The notes beneath the pieces are model-generated. The model saw nothing but the letters and a program-made list of their open reading frames with translations. It did no database searches and had not been told where the DNA came from. From Octopus sinensis (Eukaryota): a DNA stretch of 64,000 bases. Shown piece after piece: positions 1 through 11,500 of the stretch. Every line of letters starts with the position of its first letter. The first letter of the stretch is position 1. The stretch is taken from the NCBI RefSeq assembly GCF_006345805.1, contig NC_043000.1, forward strand, positions 65,534,001 to 65,598,000, in the 5' to 3' direction. A program made the translations under genes and the position numbers.

Positions 1-160
1 GGAGTTGACATTTTCCGGTGTTACTGAAATAATACAGATACAAAGTATTATTTCTTATATCATATAATGATATTCCAGCAATAATTCTTCCGGTTAAGCG
101 TTGGCGGAACAATCGCAATGAAACGAGTTGCTCACTCTATTCTCCATGCTAACGGTGATG

Positions 161-540
161 TGTGGTATGGTGGTGTAAGGTGTAGTGGTGTGTGGTGTGG
201 TGTGATGGTGTTGGTAGGTGGGGGAGGCGGGAGTGGGGAAAGCACGGGTGGGGTGTGGGTTAGGCTGGGGTTGGGGGTAGAGGTGGGGTGTGCGTAGGTG
301 GAGGGTGGGGTATGTGGGAGTGAGTGTAAGGGATGGGGAAAGATAGGGAAGATGGGGTTGGAATGTATAGGGGTGGGGTGGGCTTACGAGGGAGAGGTGA
401 CGATGAAGGGAGGAAGGAGAAGGTGGGTAGGAGTGAAGAGAAGAGGGAAGGAGAGTAGGAGCAAGAGAGGAGAGGTGGGTGGGAGGATGTATGTGTGAGG
501 GGGTGAGAGGCGAGGGGAGGAGGTTAGATGAAGAGGGGAG
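161..540. repeat. G/purine-rich low-complexity tract downstream of the PLE endonuclease (C-rich on PLE sense strand)
   Basis: Dense GGG/GGGG runs (e.g. gggtggggtgtgggttaggctggggttggggg) grading into GA-rich sequence. Begins right after the GIY-YIG stop at 524 on the minus strand. Confidence 0.7.
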
Positions 541-960
541 GAGAGTTGAACTCATGTGGCGCAAAGGAGCGAAGAGAGAAGATTAATCCTTGTTCACGGC
601 GCAAATGGGAGTCCGGATGGCTCCTGTACAAGGACAATCCGAACACGGACAGGTGTTGCAAAGAGTGACCGGTAGAGCAGAAATGGCGCAAGACCGGGAT
701 GTCATTGCCGAGTCGGATGTCTCGGAGGTGTTCTGCGAACCGGTCAGCCAAGCGGCGTCCCGTTTGCCCGATGTATAGAGAATAGCGGAGAGAGCAGGAG
801 ATGCAGCAGATGATATTGGTAGAAGGGCAAATGAAGGAGTCGGTGATGTGATAGGGTCGATGATGGGTGCCGGTGAGGAGGGTGGTGTTGGAGAGGTAAG
901 GGCAAGTGCGGCAGCGTGGATGAGAGTGAATAAGAGAAATTGATTGTTTATAAAATCAAA
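524..960 (-). mobile_element. Penelope-like element, GIY-YIG endonuclease C-terminal remnant
   Basis: The ORF 524-751 frame extends upstream as RCRTCPY..TDSFICPSTNIICCISCSLRYSLYIGQTGRRLADRFAEHLRDIR. This is the PLE CxxC linker plus the (V)IY..YIG(Q/E)T..R..EH motif. In-frame stop near 960. Confidence 0.88.
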
Positions 961-1339
961 AGGGGAGATGTTGTATAGTGAAACTGTACACCCCGCCCGG
1001 TAAAAAGGGGTAGTGGCCAACCATTATAAATAGACTAGTAGCCGGTCAACAGGAGAAGGTTAGAAAGGTCGAGAGTACGTGTAGACTGTGTTAGTAGTCG
1101 TATCTGTGATGATATAGTAATTATACTGTGATACTGACTGGTTGTTATAACGATCCAACCCTTCGAGGATAATAACACTGTACGACTCGGGTTCGTACAG
1201 TGCCATGTAGATCCATTCTGTCGACGGTTTCGGAATATAACAATATCTGTCAGAGCGACAACCGTCGTCAAAAGACAGATACAAAAGTGGTAAAAGACCG
1301 CTTTACAACAGTCAGTAATATTTTTTCCATTCTATTACT

Positions 1340-1575
1340 CCTTCAGGTAGACGATGAAGTGTAAGGAATTGCCCGACAATTTGATCTATGTTAATCTGAA
1401 GCCATTTTGATTTCTTCTCAAAACCCTCCCAATTTCTGAATGTACTTTGTTGAGTAAGAGTGAATGATAAATTTTTGAAGCTATAGCTGTAAGAGTGACG
1501 CCTCTGTAGTTCTTTATGAGACTCAAATCACCATTCTTTGGAAATTGGAGTATGCAGCCTTCTGTCCATTTGTCA
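1340..1575 (-). mobile_element. RTE-clade LINE reverse-transcriptase fragment
   Basis: Manual translation DKWTEGCILQFPKNGDLSLIKNYRGVTLTAIASKIYHSLLLNKVHSEIGRVLRRNQNGFR shows the RT domain 0-1 motifs (KxGD..NYRGI.L, Q.GFR). Confidence 0.85.
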
Positions 1576-1849
1576 CTTGTAGATCTATAGCCAAAAGTAT
1601 GTATGTATGTATGTATGCTCCCTAGCCATGACTTTCGGAGGTTCTGAGATCGGTACGAGAAAGTTATCGAAGATGCTGCATTATGATATTAGTACCGAAT
1701 ACCAAATACGAATTTCATAGTTGCAAAACAACTTTCGTAAACAAACTGCTGTAAACCCGAATATGAAAGCCATTTTATTAACAAGATAATATCTGCAAGT
1801 ATCGGGACACACACGCGCGCGCGCACACACACACGCACACGCACGCACA

Positions 1850-2026
1850 GGCACCCACGTTGGGCTTCAACACAGTTTCCGTCTACCACATTCACTCACA
1901 AAACATTGGTTGCTCAGAGGCTATAGTAGAAAACACTTGCTCAAGGTGCCGCGCGGTGGGGTTGAACCTGGCATCGCGTGGTTACAAAGCGAGCTTCTTA
2001 AATGCATAATCGTGTCTGCTCCTATA
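1850..2026 (-). mobile_element. tRNA-derived SINE, 5' head (family A)
   Basis: The reverse complement reads B-box-like ggttcaacccc, then ggcaccttgagcaagtgttttctactatag...tggtagacggaaactg. The same sequence recurs at about 14.1, 31.3 and 38.3 kb. Confidence 0.75.
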
Positions 2027-2170
2027 TAATAAGAATGATAAATTTTTATTGACACTTTTGCGTACGTCATTCAGTACATATTTATCTTGCTTGCAAGATA
2101 AATATGAGCTCAGTGACGTAGGCAAAATAATTTAATCAATTGAAATTTCCTAATTAGGTGGAGATATAAC

Positions 2171-2234
<64 letters not shown>

Positions 2235-2235
2235 G

Positions 2236-2290
<55 letters not shown>

Positions 2291-2405
2291 GTATATGTAT
2301 ACACACATATACATGTGTGTTAGTTTTGGAGAGATAGAAAAAAGAGAGTGTGTGTGAGACTTTTTAAATTTCATGTTCTTCATTCATTTGAGTTATATAA
2401 TATAT

Positions 2406-2789
2406 ATACTAGCGGTATTGCCCGGCGTTGCTCGGGTTGTAAGGGAAATAACTATATAAGCATTTTTAGAGAGTTATAGCCAAAAAATGCATTAAAAATT
2501 GAAAAAAAATTAAGGAAAATTTTTTTTAAATCGTTGACACATCGTAGATATTTTTAGAGAGTTACTTCCCTTATATAAAAGCGAAAAAATGCATTAAAAT
2601 GGAAAAATATGATGGTAATTTTTTTTTAAATCGTAGACTCATCGTAGACGCGCGCTAATACCCAGAAGGGCTCGATATGAATCACGACTATAAGATACCC
2701 GCTTTTGGTTAAACTGCACCGCAAAATGTGGGAGTAATTACGAATGTAATCGAAGGGGACAGCACACAACTTCACTCTTATATAAAGAT
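2406..2789 (+). mobile_element. Non-autonomous Helentron/Helitron2-type (DINE-1/HINE-like) element
   Basis: Starts tatactagc..cccggcgttgctcggg (5' sub-terminal palindrome) and ends ...cttatataaagat before a T run. Internal short duplications are present. Confidence 0.6.
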
Positions 2790-2879
2790 GCTTTTTTTTT
2801 CATTTCCATAGAGTTAGATTTATGAAGGTCTTCAGTAGAAAATCCTTCGAATTCTGACTCGCTGCTTGATATAATGAAA

Positions 2880-3116
2880 TTCGTTTGCGTGTGGTGTAAA
2901 CCAGACTAAGAAAAGCATTTGACACACACACACCAGAATGTGAGTTTTCTGTAAATTTTGCTTAATTGGAGTTTAAATTTAAAAAACTGGACCTGGTATG
3001 ACGCGATGCATTGTACTCTTAAAACTGCTAGGTAAATTGTAATTGAAGAAATCCTATATTGTAGATTTCTATAACTCCCAAAGGGAGGCAGATAAAATCT
3101 GCCTTTTATAATAAGA
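2880..3116 (+). mobile_element. 3' end of a second Helentron-type non-autonomous element
   Basis: Terminal hairpin aggcagat-aaa-atctgcct (3086-3104) followed by tttataataagat. Confidence 0.5.
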
Positions 3117-3152
3117 TATATATATATATATATTCTTTTATTTTTTTAGGTG

Positions 3153-3365
3153 TTTCAGTCATTTGGCTGCGGCCATTCTGGAGCACCGCCTTGAAGGGTT
3201 TCATTCGAGAAAATCGACCTCAGAACATATTTTAAAGCCTAGCACTTATTCTATCGGTGGCTTTTGCCGAACCGCTAAGTTACAGGGACGTAAACACACC
3301 AACACCAGTTGCCAAGCAGTAATGGGTGGGGGAAAACACAGACAAAGACACACACACACACACAT
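3153..3365 (-). mobile_element. SINE family A body
   Basis: tttcagtcatttggctgcggccattctggagcaccgcc...ccgctaagttacagggacgtaaacacacc, homologous to many copies in the window. Followed by (CA)n/(TA)n. Confidence 0.8.
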
Positions 3366-3366
3366 A

Positions 3367-3401
<35 letters not shown>

Positions 3402-3562
3402 TTGTATTTATGTATATATAATATATATTGTATGTATTTATGTATAATATACATATATATTAAGTGCATGTATGTATGTGTGTATGTATGAATACACATG
3501 CGTACATAATACACTCACACACACCACCACACACCACACACAACACACACACACACTATATA

Positions 3563-3609
<47 letters not shown>

Positions 3610-4019
3610 TGGGGCAACACAAAATATGAGAACGAAGTGCCAGTATAACTATTCTGTGCCGTTTTAAGGCATACATACTTTGGATGAAGTTGTGCATTAT
3701 AAGGTCCTTTAGTGTGAACGATCACTAATTTAAAGTATTATGAAAGTGTTCGTGAAAAAGTACATTAAATGCCCTTTTTAGAAGCATGTGTAAATGGATA
3801 TCAGAAGGCAGTTTTTAGACAAAGTATTCTATTAAATAATTTTATTAAAATTGGAATGTATTTTTATTGAAATAGGAGAGTAGCAAGATGTATAGTCTGT
3901 ATGTGTATGTGAGACAGGTAAAGCATTATAACTTACTTTTGAACAAAATGATTCTGTTGGAAGCCGTTATAAACTAATAGGAAGAGATTGAGTTTAACAG
4001 AAAATATACAATTCATTAT

Positions 4020-4380
4020 GAGGCAGAGTTGTGGCTGATGTCATCCAGAGGAGCGAAGTTAAGTTGGTGGTGGAAAATCAAAAACTGATTCATATTGAAA
4101 GAAGAAATGTTGCTGCTGTGCCGTCTTTTCGCCAACTGCTTAAACTCCCTGTTTCTCTCCTTGGTCAGCAAACTGCGTTTTGTAGTCCTGTGCGTCCAGA
4201 CCTGATTGACTGGAGTATGCCATAATACAACTGTCCTATGCCGCTGCAACACAAATAGCTTTCCTGACTCACTACAGACCCCTTGTGTTACTTTGTGATG
4301 AGACCTAAAGTAATGCAGAAAGGGTTCCGTGTCTATGATATCAGCACTATCTCTTATACGAACTGTGGAAAGTTTACAGG
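4020..4380 (-). mobile_element. Degenerate PLE GIY-YIG fragment
   Basis: Frameshifted remnant ...LCCSGIGQLYYG(H/I)..QSIR... resembles C..C...Y(I/Y)GET...R. Confidence 0.4.
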
Positions 4381-4619
4381 TCAATTAAATAGCGGCTAGA
4401 TAATCATTATCGTTTTTGTTTTGTTTTTCCTTTTTTAGAGATAAAGTAACTTTCTACAAAATATGCAAAAAAAGGTGACCGACATTATATAAAATTTTGA
4501 AAAATGATATACTTAAAAGAAATACGTATATAGACATACATGCATACATTTCTAAGCTACTTTTATGTATGTGTTGGCTTCAAATTTTGGCATAATGCCA
4601 GCGACATCAGGGGAGGGGG

Positions 4620-4800
4620 TGTTTGTGTCTGTGTTTGACCCACACCACCGGTTGACAACCGTTGTTGGTGTGTTTACGTGCCCGTAACTAAGCGGTTCGG
4701 AAAAAGAGATCGATAGTATGAATACCAGGCTCAAAAAAACAATAAGTACTGGTGTTGATTCGTTCGGCTAAAATTGTTGAAGGCGGTACCCTAGCATGAG
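4620..4800 (+). mobile_element. SINE family A body
   Basis: gtttgtgtctgtgtttg...gtgtgtttacgtgcccgtaactaagcggttcgg...gaaggcggtaccctagcatg. Confidence 0.75.
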
Positions 4801-4803
4801 GCA

Positions 4804-4858
<55 letters not shown>

Positions 4859-5074
4859 CAAAAGTTTGAATTATAATTCGTCCTTTAATTTGGAGGATTC
4901 CCAAAAAGATTACTAATATAGATTCTTCATATTTAGCTGGTAACTGACTGGCGTAAATTTGCGAATATGAAAATAATACTTGCATATAGTGTGTTACGTG
5001 AATTTATGGAAAGGAATCCCATAAAACAAGTTTGTTTTAAAAATGGAGAAGAGATGTTAAAATTTAGGAGAATT

Positions 5075-5141
<67 letters not shown>

Positions 5142-5525
5142 ATATATATATATATATATATAGATATATATACATATACAAAATACATACATACATACAT
5201 ACATCATACATACATACATACATATACATAATGCGGCGGCAAAATTTATCAAAGTTGTTTATATTCTATAATTTTCACAGACCATAAGTACGATATTATT
5301 TGTTATTGTCTGAGATTTTGGTGTAATTTGAGAGGATAATACAAACGTTATGAATGATTCAGTGATTTACTGCAAAACCCATGGCGGCCAAAATGATCAG
5401 AACGGTTGCTTTTACTCCAGTTTTTAGTATATTTAACCGTCGAACTATAATGTTTTTATTTGGTTACGTGACAGTTCGTTTACTAAACATTAGTAAGAAT
5501 ATTTGTAGTGTACTTTGTTAATATA

Positions 5526-5834
5526 ATGCCACTTACTCCATTACCAATTCGTCAGTAGATTATTAAGCTTCGAAAGAAGGATAATTTAAGTATTAGGTCT
5601 ATTGCAAAGATTGTTAACAAGTCAAAAAGTGTTGTTCACGGTATTCTTAAGGTCTACGATGATTGTGGTTCGTGTGAAGCAAGAAAGTCTACAGGTAGGC
5701 CAAGAAAAACGACCAAGAGAGAAAATCGTGCTATGGTAAAGTAGGTTAAAAAGGACAGATTTAAAACTGCTGCTGCTGCTGTTTTTCGGGAAATGAGCAT
5801 TGTACTGAAGAAAACTTTATCCCGAAAAACTGTC
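5526..5834 (+). mobile_element. Tc1-family transposase N-terminal (paired-like HTH) pseudogene fragment
   Basis: Manual translation MPLTPLPIRQ*IIKLRKKDNLSIRSIAKIVNKSKSVVHGILKVYDDCGSCEARKSTGRPRKTTKRENRAMVK*VKKDRFKTA shows the HTH and GRPR motif, with two stops. Confidence 0.85.
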
Positions 5835-5927
5835 TGAGATTTTGGTGTAATTTGAGAGGATAATACACACACACACACACATACATACACACACATACAT
5901 ACATACATACATACATACATACATACA

Positions 5928-5963
<36 letters not shown>

Positions 5964-5969
5964 TATATA

Positions 5970-6260
5970 TGTCATTAAGAATGAAATATCCGACTTTCTT
6001 ATGCACTAAGTTTGACAGTTGTTAACTCTAATGTTTTATCCTGACAATTCTTTGTTTTACAACATTGAAGAGTTACATCATCACTTTTCGAAATGCAATT
6101 CATGGTGTCTGATTATATTGTGAGTTTTCTCTTGTAAATCAATTTTTGTGAACCCATGGATAGATAAGAAAATTCGTGTTGTTTATGAATACGAATTCCA
6201 TCGTGGAACCAATGCATCCCAGATAGCTCGAAACACCAATGAGGTATTTGGTGAAGATGT
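5970..6260 (+). mobile_element. mariner 5' fragment (first HTH)
   Basis: ORF 6148: DKKIRVVYEYEFHRGTNASQIARNTNEVFGED matches the mariner N-terminal (IR..F.YEF..G..A...ARNI..VFG) pattern. Truncated at (TA)n. Confidence 0.75.
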
Positions 6261-6922
6261 ATACATAGGCATATACATATACATTCCATTCTTCGTTCTT
6301 TCGTTCCCTCTCTCTCACATTTTCTGGCCTTCTCTTCATGCTCACTTTCCCCTCCACTTTCACTTCACTGTGTCCCTTTCATTTTTCTCGCCCATCCTTA
6401 ATTCTTCTATCCCTCTTCTCTCCCCACGTGATCTGTGTTCGGCCAAGCCTGACCTTTCTTGGTTAGACTACCATCCGTGCAACATCTATATTCTACCCTG
6501 TGCCAGTCAAATCTTATGTCCCTGCCGTAAGGCTTTACTTCTTCACACGCCAGCTTAATTTAATTCGGTCTTAGTCGCAAGTCACCTGTTGTTATGTCAG
6601 GTTATTTGCATTTATATTTGTGTAACATTCTCCGTTTATTTCCGTCCTTGTTTTCGTATATATTCGCTGCTTTCTTCCAAAGAATCTAATGCTCTTAGCT
6701 TAGTTTTTTTTTGGGGGGGGGGGGGGCTGGCCAGATTAGAGCAATCTTGAGTATAACCAGCCGAAATTGCAAAGATAATCTGGAACTCGACTGAGGATAG
6801 AAAACTCCGAATGACCCGTTCTTGTTTTCTTTGTCTCATCTGTCTGGATGTTTTGTATCCCCTTTTTTGTATCGCCTAACTGGATGTTTTGCGTTTTTGT
6901 CCCATTTTTTTATTATATATAT

Positions 6923-6955
<33 letters not shown>

Positions 6956-8327
6956 GAATGTATGTATGTATGTATGTATGTATGTATGTATGTATGTGTA
7001 AGACTAGGTGAAGTACTCGATAATACCTAGAAAAGTGTGGGTTATTTCCAGTTCCCGTTCCCATTACACTGTTTCATGTTCTATCCAGTTCCCTGTTCAG
7101 TTCTCGTTTAAATTACAAATAGATTTACAAATACACGGTGACGTGGGATAGATTTACAAATACTGCAAGTAATACAGATGAATTGATTGACTGTAATGGT
7201 AAGGTAATATTAAAGTTGAATTGGTGGATGCTTGGAAAGGTGAGAGGGTTGACGACGTGCGACTATGAAACAGTTGATTGATGGTTGATTATTACTAATT
7301 TTGCAGGGTTTCTTGATATACTACATTTTTGGTCTTACTCTCTGGAGCATAAATAAACAAATGGTTAATAAAATTTTAAAATTACATCAAAATTTTCAAA
7401 TTTGGTATACTGAAATAATTTTCCCCTTTAAATCCGATTTTGTTATTCATTTGTTCCAGAAAAATTGCTGTAAATTGTTACTGGGTTTTAAATTTTAATC
7501 AATTTTACCATATCAGAAAATACAATTTGGAAGCAGGCATTTTCTGTATGATAGCTGTCTATCACAAAATGAAAGCAGAATTACCAGGAGGAATTTATAT
7601 GAAACAAACGAAAGCAAAGCATTACGACGACCAAAGTTGTAAGAACTTCTGAAGTTTTAATGATTTTTAAGGAATAAACTCATGGTAAACGGTCGAACCA
7701 ACATTTAAATGATTTAAAAAGGAGAAAGATCGTCAAGGAATTTTTTTGCAAACATTGCATAAATCTGTCCTGATCAAGGGGCCTATCTGTCGCGGAAGGC
7801 ATGGTCTGACATGGAACAAACAAAAATTTATATAAGACTTTCTATTGTAAAAATTGCTCGACAACGACGGGCTATTCATCTATGAAAGAAGATGAAAGAC
7901 ATTATCTATAGTGTTATTGTTTCAGCACGTTGGTAAGATTTGGATACGGTGATTTGAAAACAAATATAAAAACACCTTACCTTTCACTTGTTTGTTTTAC
8001 ATATGTTGTTGAACAAATTGTAAAAGCTTTAACTGGGCTCACGATAGTTAATTCACTAAGGCGTATGCGTTAAGTGATAGGTAAAAATTAAATAACAAAG
8101 TATAAAAATTCTCTGTTCCCTTCAGTAAACACATCCTCTTTCTCACGATCTGTCCCTGTTTCTCGCGTTCTCTCTCTGTTTCTCACATTCTCTGTCTCTC
8201 CGTCTCTTCCCCATTCCTGATATCAATCACCTTAATTATGCCACATTTCATTCAATCTGTCACTCTTTTGTACCCTCCTCTTTTATCATATAATAGCCCA
8301 ACACCCGTTGTATGTATGTAATATATA

Positions 8328-8389
<62 letters not shown>

Positions 8390-8890
8390 ATATATATATA
8401 TAGATATATATATATATATCCCGCTGTGTCCTCTAGGACTTGTTCCATTTTCTCTATCCCGCTCTAGACTTGTTCCATTTTCTCTTTGCACTGAGGTCGT
8501 TCGACAGCTGCAAAGCTCTTTCTGTTGTATTTGTGGTGTATGTATAATTATTATTTGCTTCCGTTTTATATAGCTGTTATATATGCATAATTTTTTGTTG
8601 TATTTATATGTCTCACTTGTTTCTTCTGTCTTAGTACACATTCACTAACTTTTCATCAGTATCTTAATAAAAAGCACAGGCACCTGCAAAATTAAGCAGT
8701 ATCAATGGTAATTGGTGCGAAACTGCTATGATATTTTGTGTCACTGACTAAAGAGGAAAATTCAACTGCGAATATTCCGTGTATCTTGTCATTGCCTAGT
8801 TTTGCGTCAGTTAAGTTTTCGTCTCGTTTGCCGTTTGCTCTACTTTCTTCTTCTTAATGTATTCTTTCTGTTCAACCTTTGATATATATA

Positions 8891-9180
8891 GTGGTTAGGG
8901 CAGCGGACTCGCGGTCGCAGGATCGCGGTTTCGATTCCCAGACCGGGCGTTGTTGTGTTGTTTATTGAGCGAAAACACCTAAAAGCTCCACGAGGCTCCG
9001 GCAGGGGGTGGTGATCCCTGCTTACTCTTCACCACTCCTTTTCCACCACTCTTTTTTTTTCTGTTGGCCTGCTCGCTTAGCCAGCGGGGTGGTGTCTTCG
9101 AAGGCTAAAACAATGCGAACGCATTGTGACCAGCGATGTGTAGCAACATCTGATGGTCTGGTCGGTCACGTGATCACGTG
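8891..9180 (+). mobile_element. tRNA-derived SINE (family C)
   Basis: A-box-like gtggttagg and B-box-like gtttcgattcc in a tRNA-like head. Body ends ggtcacgtgatcacgtga followed by (TA)n. Confidence 0.7.
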
Positions 9181-9206
9181 ATATATATATATATATAATA
9201 TATTAT

Positions 9207-9352
9207 ATTAAATTAGAGATAAAACCACTATTAGGCACATCAAACAGTGAAAATCATAAGCCAATACATAAAATAAAATTATTTATTTCTATGTATTGGC
9301 TTATGATTTTCACTGTTTGATTTGCCTAATAGGGTGTTTTCTCTAATTTAAT
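9207..9352. repeat. Long near-perfect palindrome (about 63-bp arms, 19-nt loop)
   Basis: 9207-9270 attaaattagagataaaaccactattaggcacatcaaacagtgaaaatcataagccaatacata is the reverse complement of 9290-9352 apart from a few differences in the outer third. Confidence 0.9.
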
Positions 9353-9443
9353 AAATATAATATATATTTATACTATAAAATTATATTTAATCCTAAATCT
9401 ATTTTTTCCCTGTAAGTTTGGATTTACTCCCTAATATTATTAT

Positions 9444-9489
<46 letters not shown>

Positions 9490-10151
9490 TATATATATAT
9501 CAATATATCGAGAAAGAGGGAGGGGAGAGAGAAGAGTGTGTGTATATCCACGCGCTGCTACTACACTTTCGTCCTTGCCAGCAACAAGGCTTCTTCGTTC
9601 GTCCCCTTGTGTGGTTGATTTCCTGTATAGTATTCTGTTATTTTTTTCTCGTTTTGTAACTATTGTACTTTTTGTACATGTATTTTTATTTTTGCAGTTT
9701 TAATCGTTTGTCTATCCCAGAAAAAAGGCTTTTTCGTTCGTCCTCTTGTGTTTTGTTTTGTACATGTATTTTAATTTTGCAGTCTTATTGTTACGTCTTG
9801 TTTGTGTTCGTACTCATTTTGCCCCCGCTGCTTGGAATTTTATTTTAATTCTCTCGCAGGAAGGCCTATTGGATTAGTGTTCTGTTATGCCTTCGAAACA
9901 TGCCTGACTCCTCTACGACAGCTGATGACGGGGGTTTTGTCCTTGTGTACTCGTCCTGTATTTGTTTTTCGTTTTCCTTGTTTTTCGTTTTCCCTTTTCT
10001 TGTTTTTTGTTTTTTGGCTTTTTTTCCGTTTCTACGTCTTATTGTGATGTCCTGTACTCCCGTATAATTATTTATATATGCATGTATATATACATGTAGA
10101 TCTAGGTACGTACATATATGTTTGTATGTATGCATATATTTTTATTTATCT

Positions 10152-10195
<44 letters not shown>

Positions 10196-10279
10196 AAAAC
10201 AGTTGCAGCGTGAAAGGTGTTTATAAGCCATTTTAAAACACACAAAAACCGTTAGATTCACTTCAACATTTAAATTTAA

Positions 10280-10330
10280 TTTGCCAAAATATTTTCGTCG
10301 CTTTGTGACCGCGACCTGTTCACTGACAAA
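10280..10330 (-). ncRNA. Minimal type I hammerhead ribozyme with variant core GUGAACA (G3:C8), in a PLE pLTR-like repeat (about 10195-10357)
   Basis: Minus RNA: UUUGUCA GUGAACA G GUCGC-ggucacaaa-GCGAC GAAA AUAUU U UGGCAAA. Stem I is 7 bp (one G.U), stem II is 5 bp, and stem III is the loopless palindrome AAUAUU. Confidence 0.7.
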
Positions 10331-10360
10331 ATTCTGTGCTACACGAAATTTTGTCAGATA

Positions 10361-11455
10361 ACCTGGAGAGTGGTTACATGACTTTCTGAAGATAGAAGTC
10401 AGGCAGTGGTGGCCAATGGTGCCACCTCAAAGGAAGCATAAAATAGTGAGTGGTGTTCCACATGGTATTTTCTTAGAACCACTGCTTTTCTTAGTGGCCC
10501 TCTCAGATATGCCTTCAGCTGTCCGGATAGCCACCCTTGCTAGCTACGCAGACGACACAAAAGTCTCGCAGAAAATACAAAAATCTAGCGATGTTTCAGG
10601 CCTGCAACAGGAGTTGGACGCAATTTACAGATGGGCTGAGGATAATAATATGCAGTTTAATGCTGGAAAATTCCAAGCTTTGCGCTACCAACTCTCAAAA
10701 TTGAACGAAAAACATACAGAGTACACTGGCTCAGGCAGTGGTGGGGGGTTACAATCCCAGTAACGAAATCAGTGCGTGACCCGGGTATCGACATGATGGT
10801 GACAGAGTGCAAACAGCTGGCTGGATCCTGAGAACCTTCAGAACCGGAGAGAAGGAAACCATGATGGTCCTCTGGAGAACATTCGTCCTCAGCCGCCTGG
10901 ACTACTGCTCCCAACTATGGTCACCCCACAGTGGGATATTAACAGCAGCCCTTGAAGCAATCCAGCGAAGCTACTCAAAGATGATCGTCTCATTGCAACA
11001 GCTCAGCTCCAGGAAAAGGCTAAAACAGCTAAGAATCTACTCTTTTGAACGAAGGCAGGAGAGATACGCAGTAACATACATCTGGAAGATCCTGGAAGGG
11101 ATTGTACCGAATTTTGGCATTGAAAGCTACACAAATGCCAGAACGGGGTTGCCACTGCACAGTGCCAAAGATCCCAGCATTGCCGTCGCGTTTCAGGACC
11201 AGTTACAGCAACAGCGTGGGTTTCAAGGGCTCACAACTTTTAATATTCCCTCAAATAGCCTGAGGAACCTACACAGACGTAGGTGTTTTCAAAACAAAAC
11301 TGGGGCTCTTCCTGTCGAGAGTCCCAAGTGAACCTACCTCGCGGTGGGGGACACAAATGAGGGCAGCGACATCAAACTCTCTTATTCACCAAATGCCACA
11401 TATCAAAGGAAGCTCTCAATATTAGCAGAGTAGCAGAACAGCGGTGCTATAGCAT
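10361..11455 (+). mobile_element. 5'-truncated CR1/L2-group LINE (RT C-terminal half and 3' UTR), frameshifted
   Basis: SGVPHGIFLEPLLF (GVPQG motif), YADDTK, LDAIYRWAEDNNMQFNAGKFQ, then AGWILRTF..LSRLDYCSQLWSP..LEAIQR..ERRQERY...WKIL. Ends at (TA)n. Confidence 0.9.
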
Positions 11456-11460
11456 GGCCG

Positions 11461-11500
<40 letters not shown>

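Noticed and set aside
94-140. GAAAC-containing possible hammerhead near the window start
   Set aside because: No CUGANGA-like box or closing stems, and it is on the strand opposite the PLE ORF.
94-564. 156-aa Pro/His/Thr-rich ORF
   Set aside because: Translation of the low-complexity PLE 3' tract, with no domain.
1219-1260. CTGACAGA..GAAACCGT motif on the minus strand (similar word at about 13980)
   Set aside because: The core has an extra base and stem I is out of register. At best a dead relic.
6725-6775. GGCTGG..CCAGCC GAAA (stem II plus GAAA)
   Set aside because: The 5' core is replaced by T and G homopolymer runs, so it cannot be a functional ribozyme.
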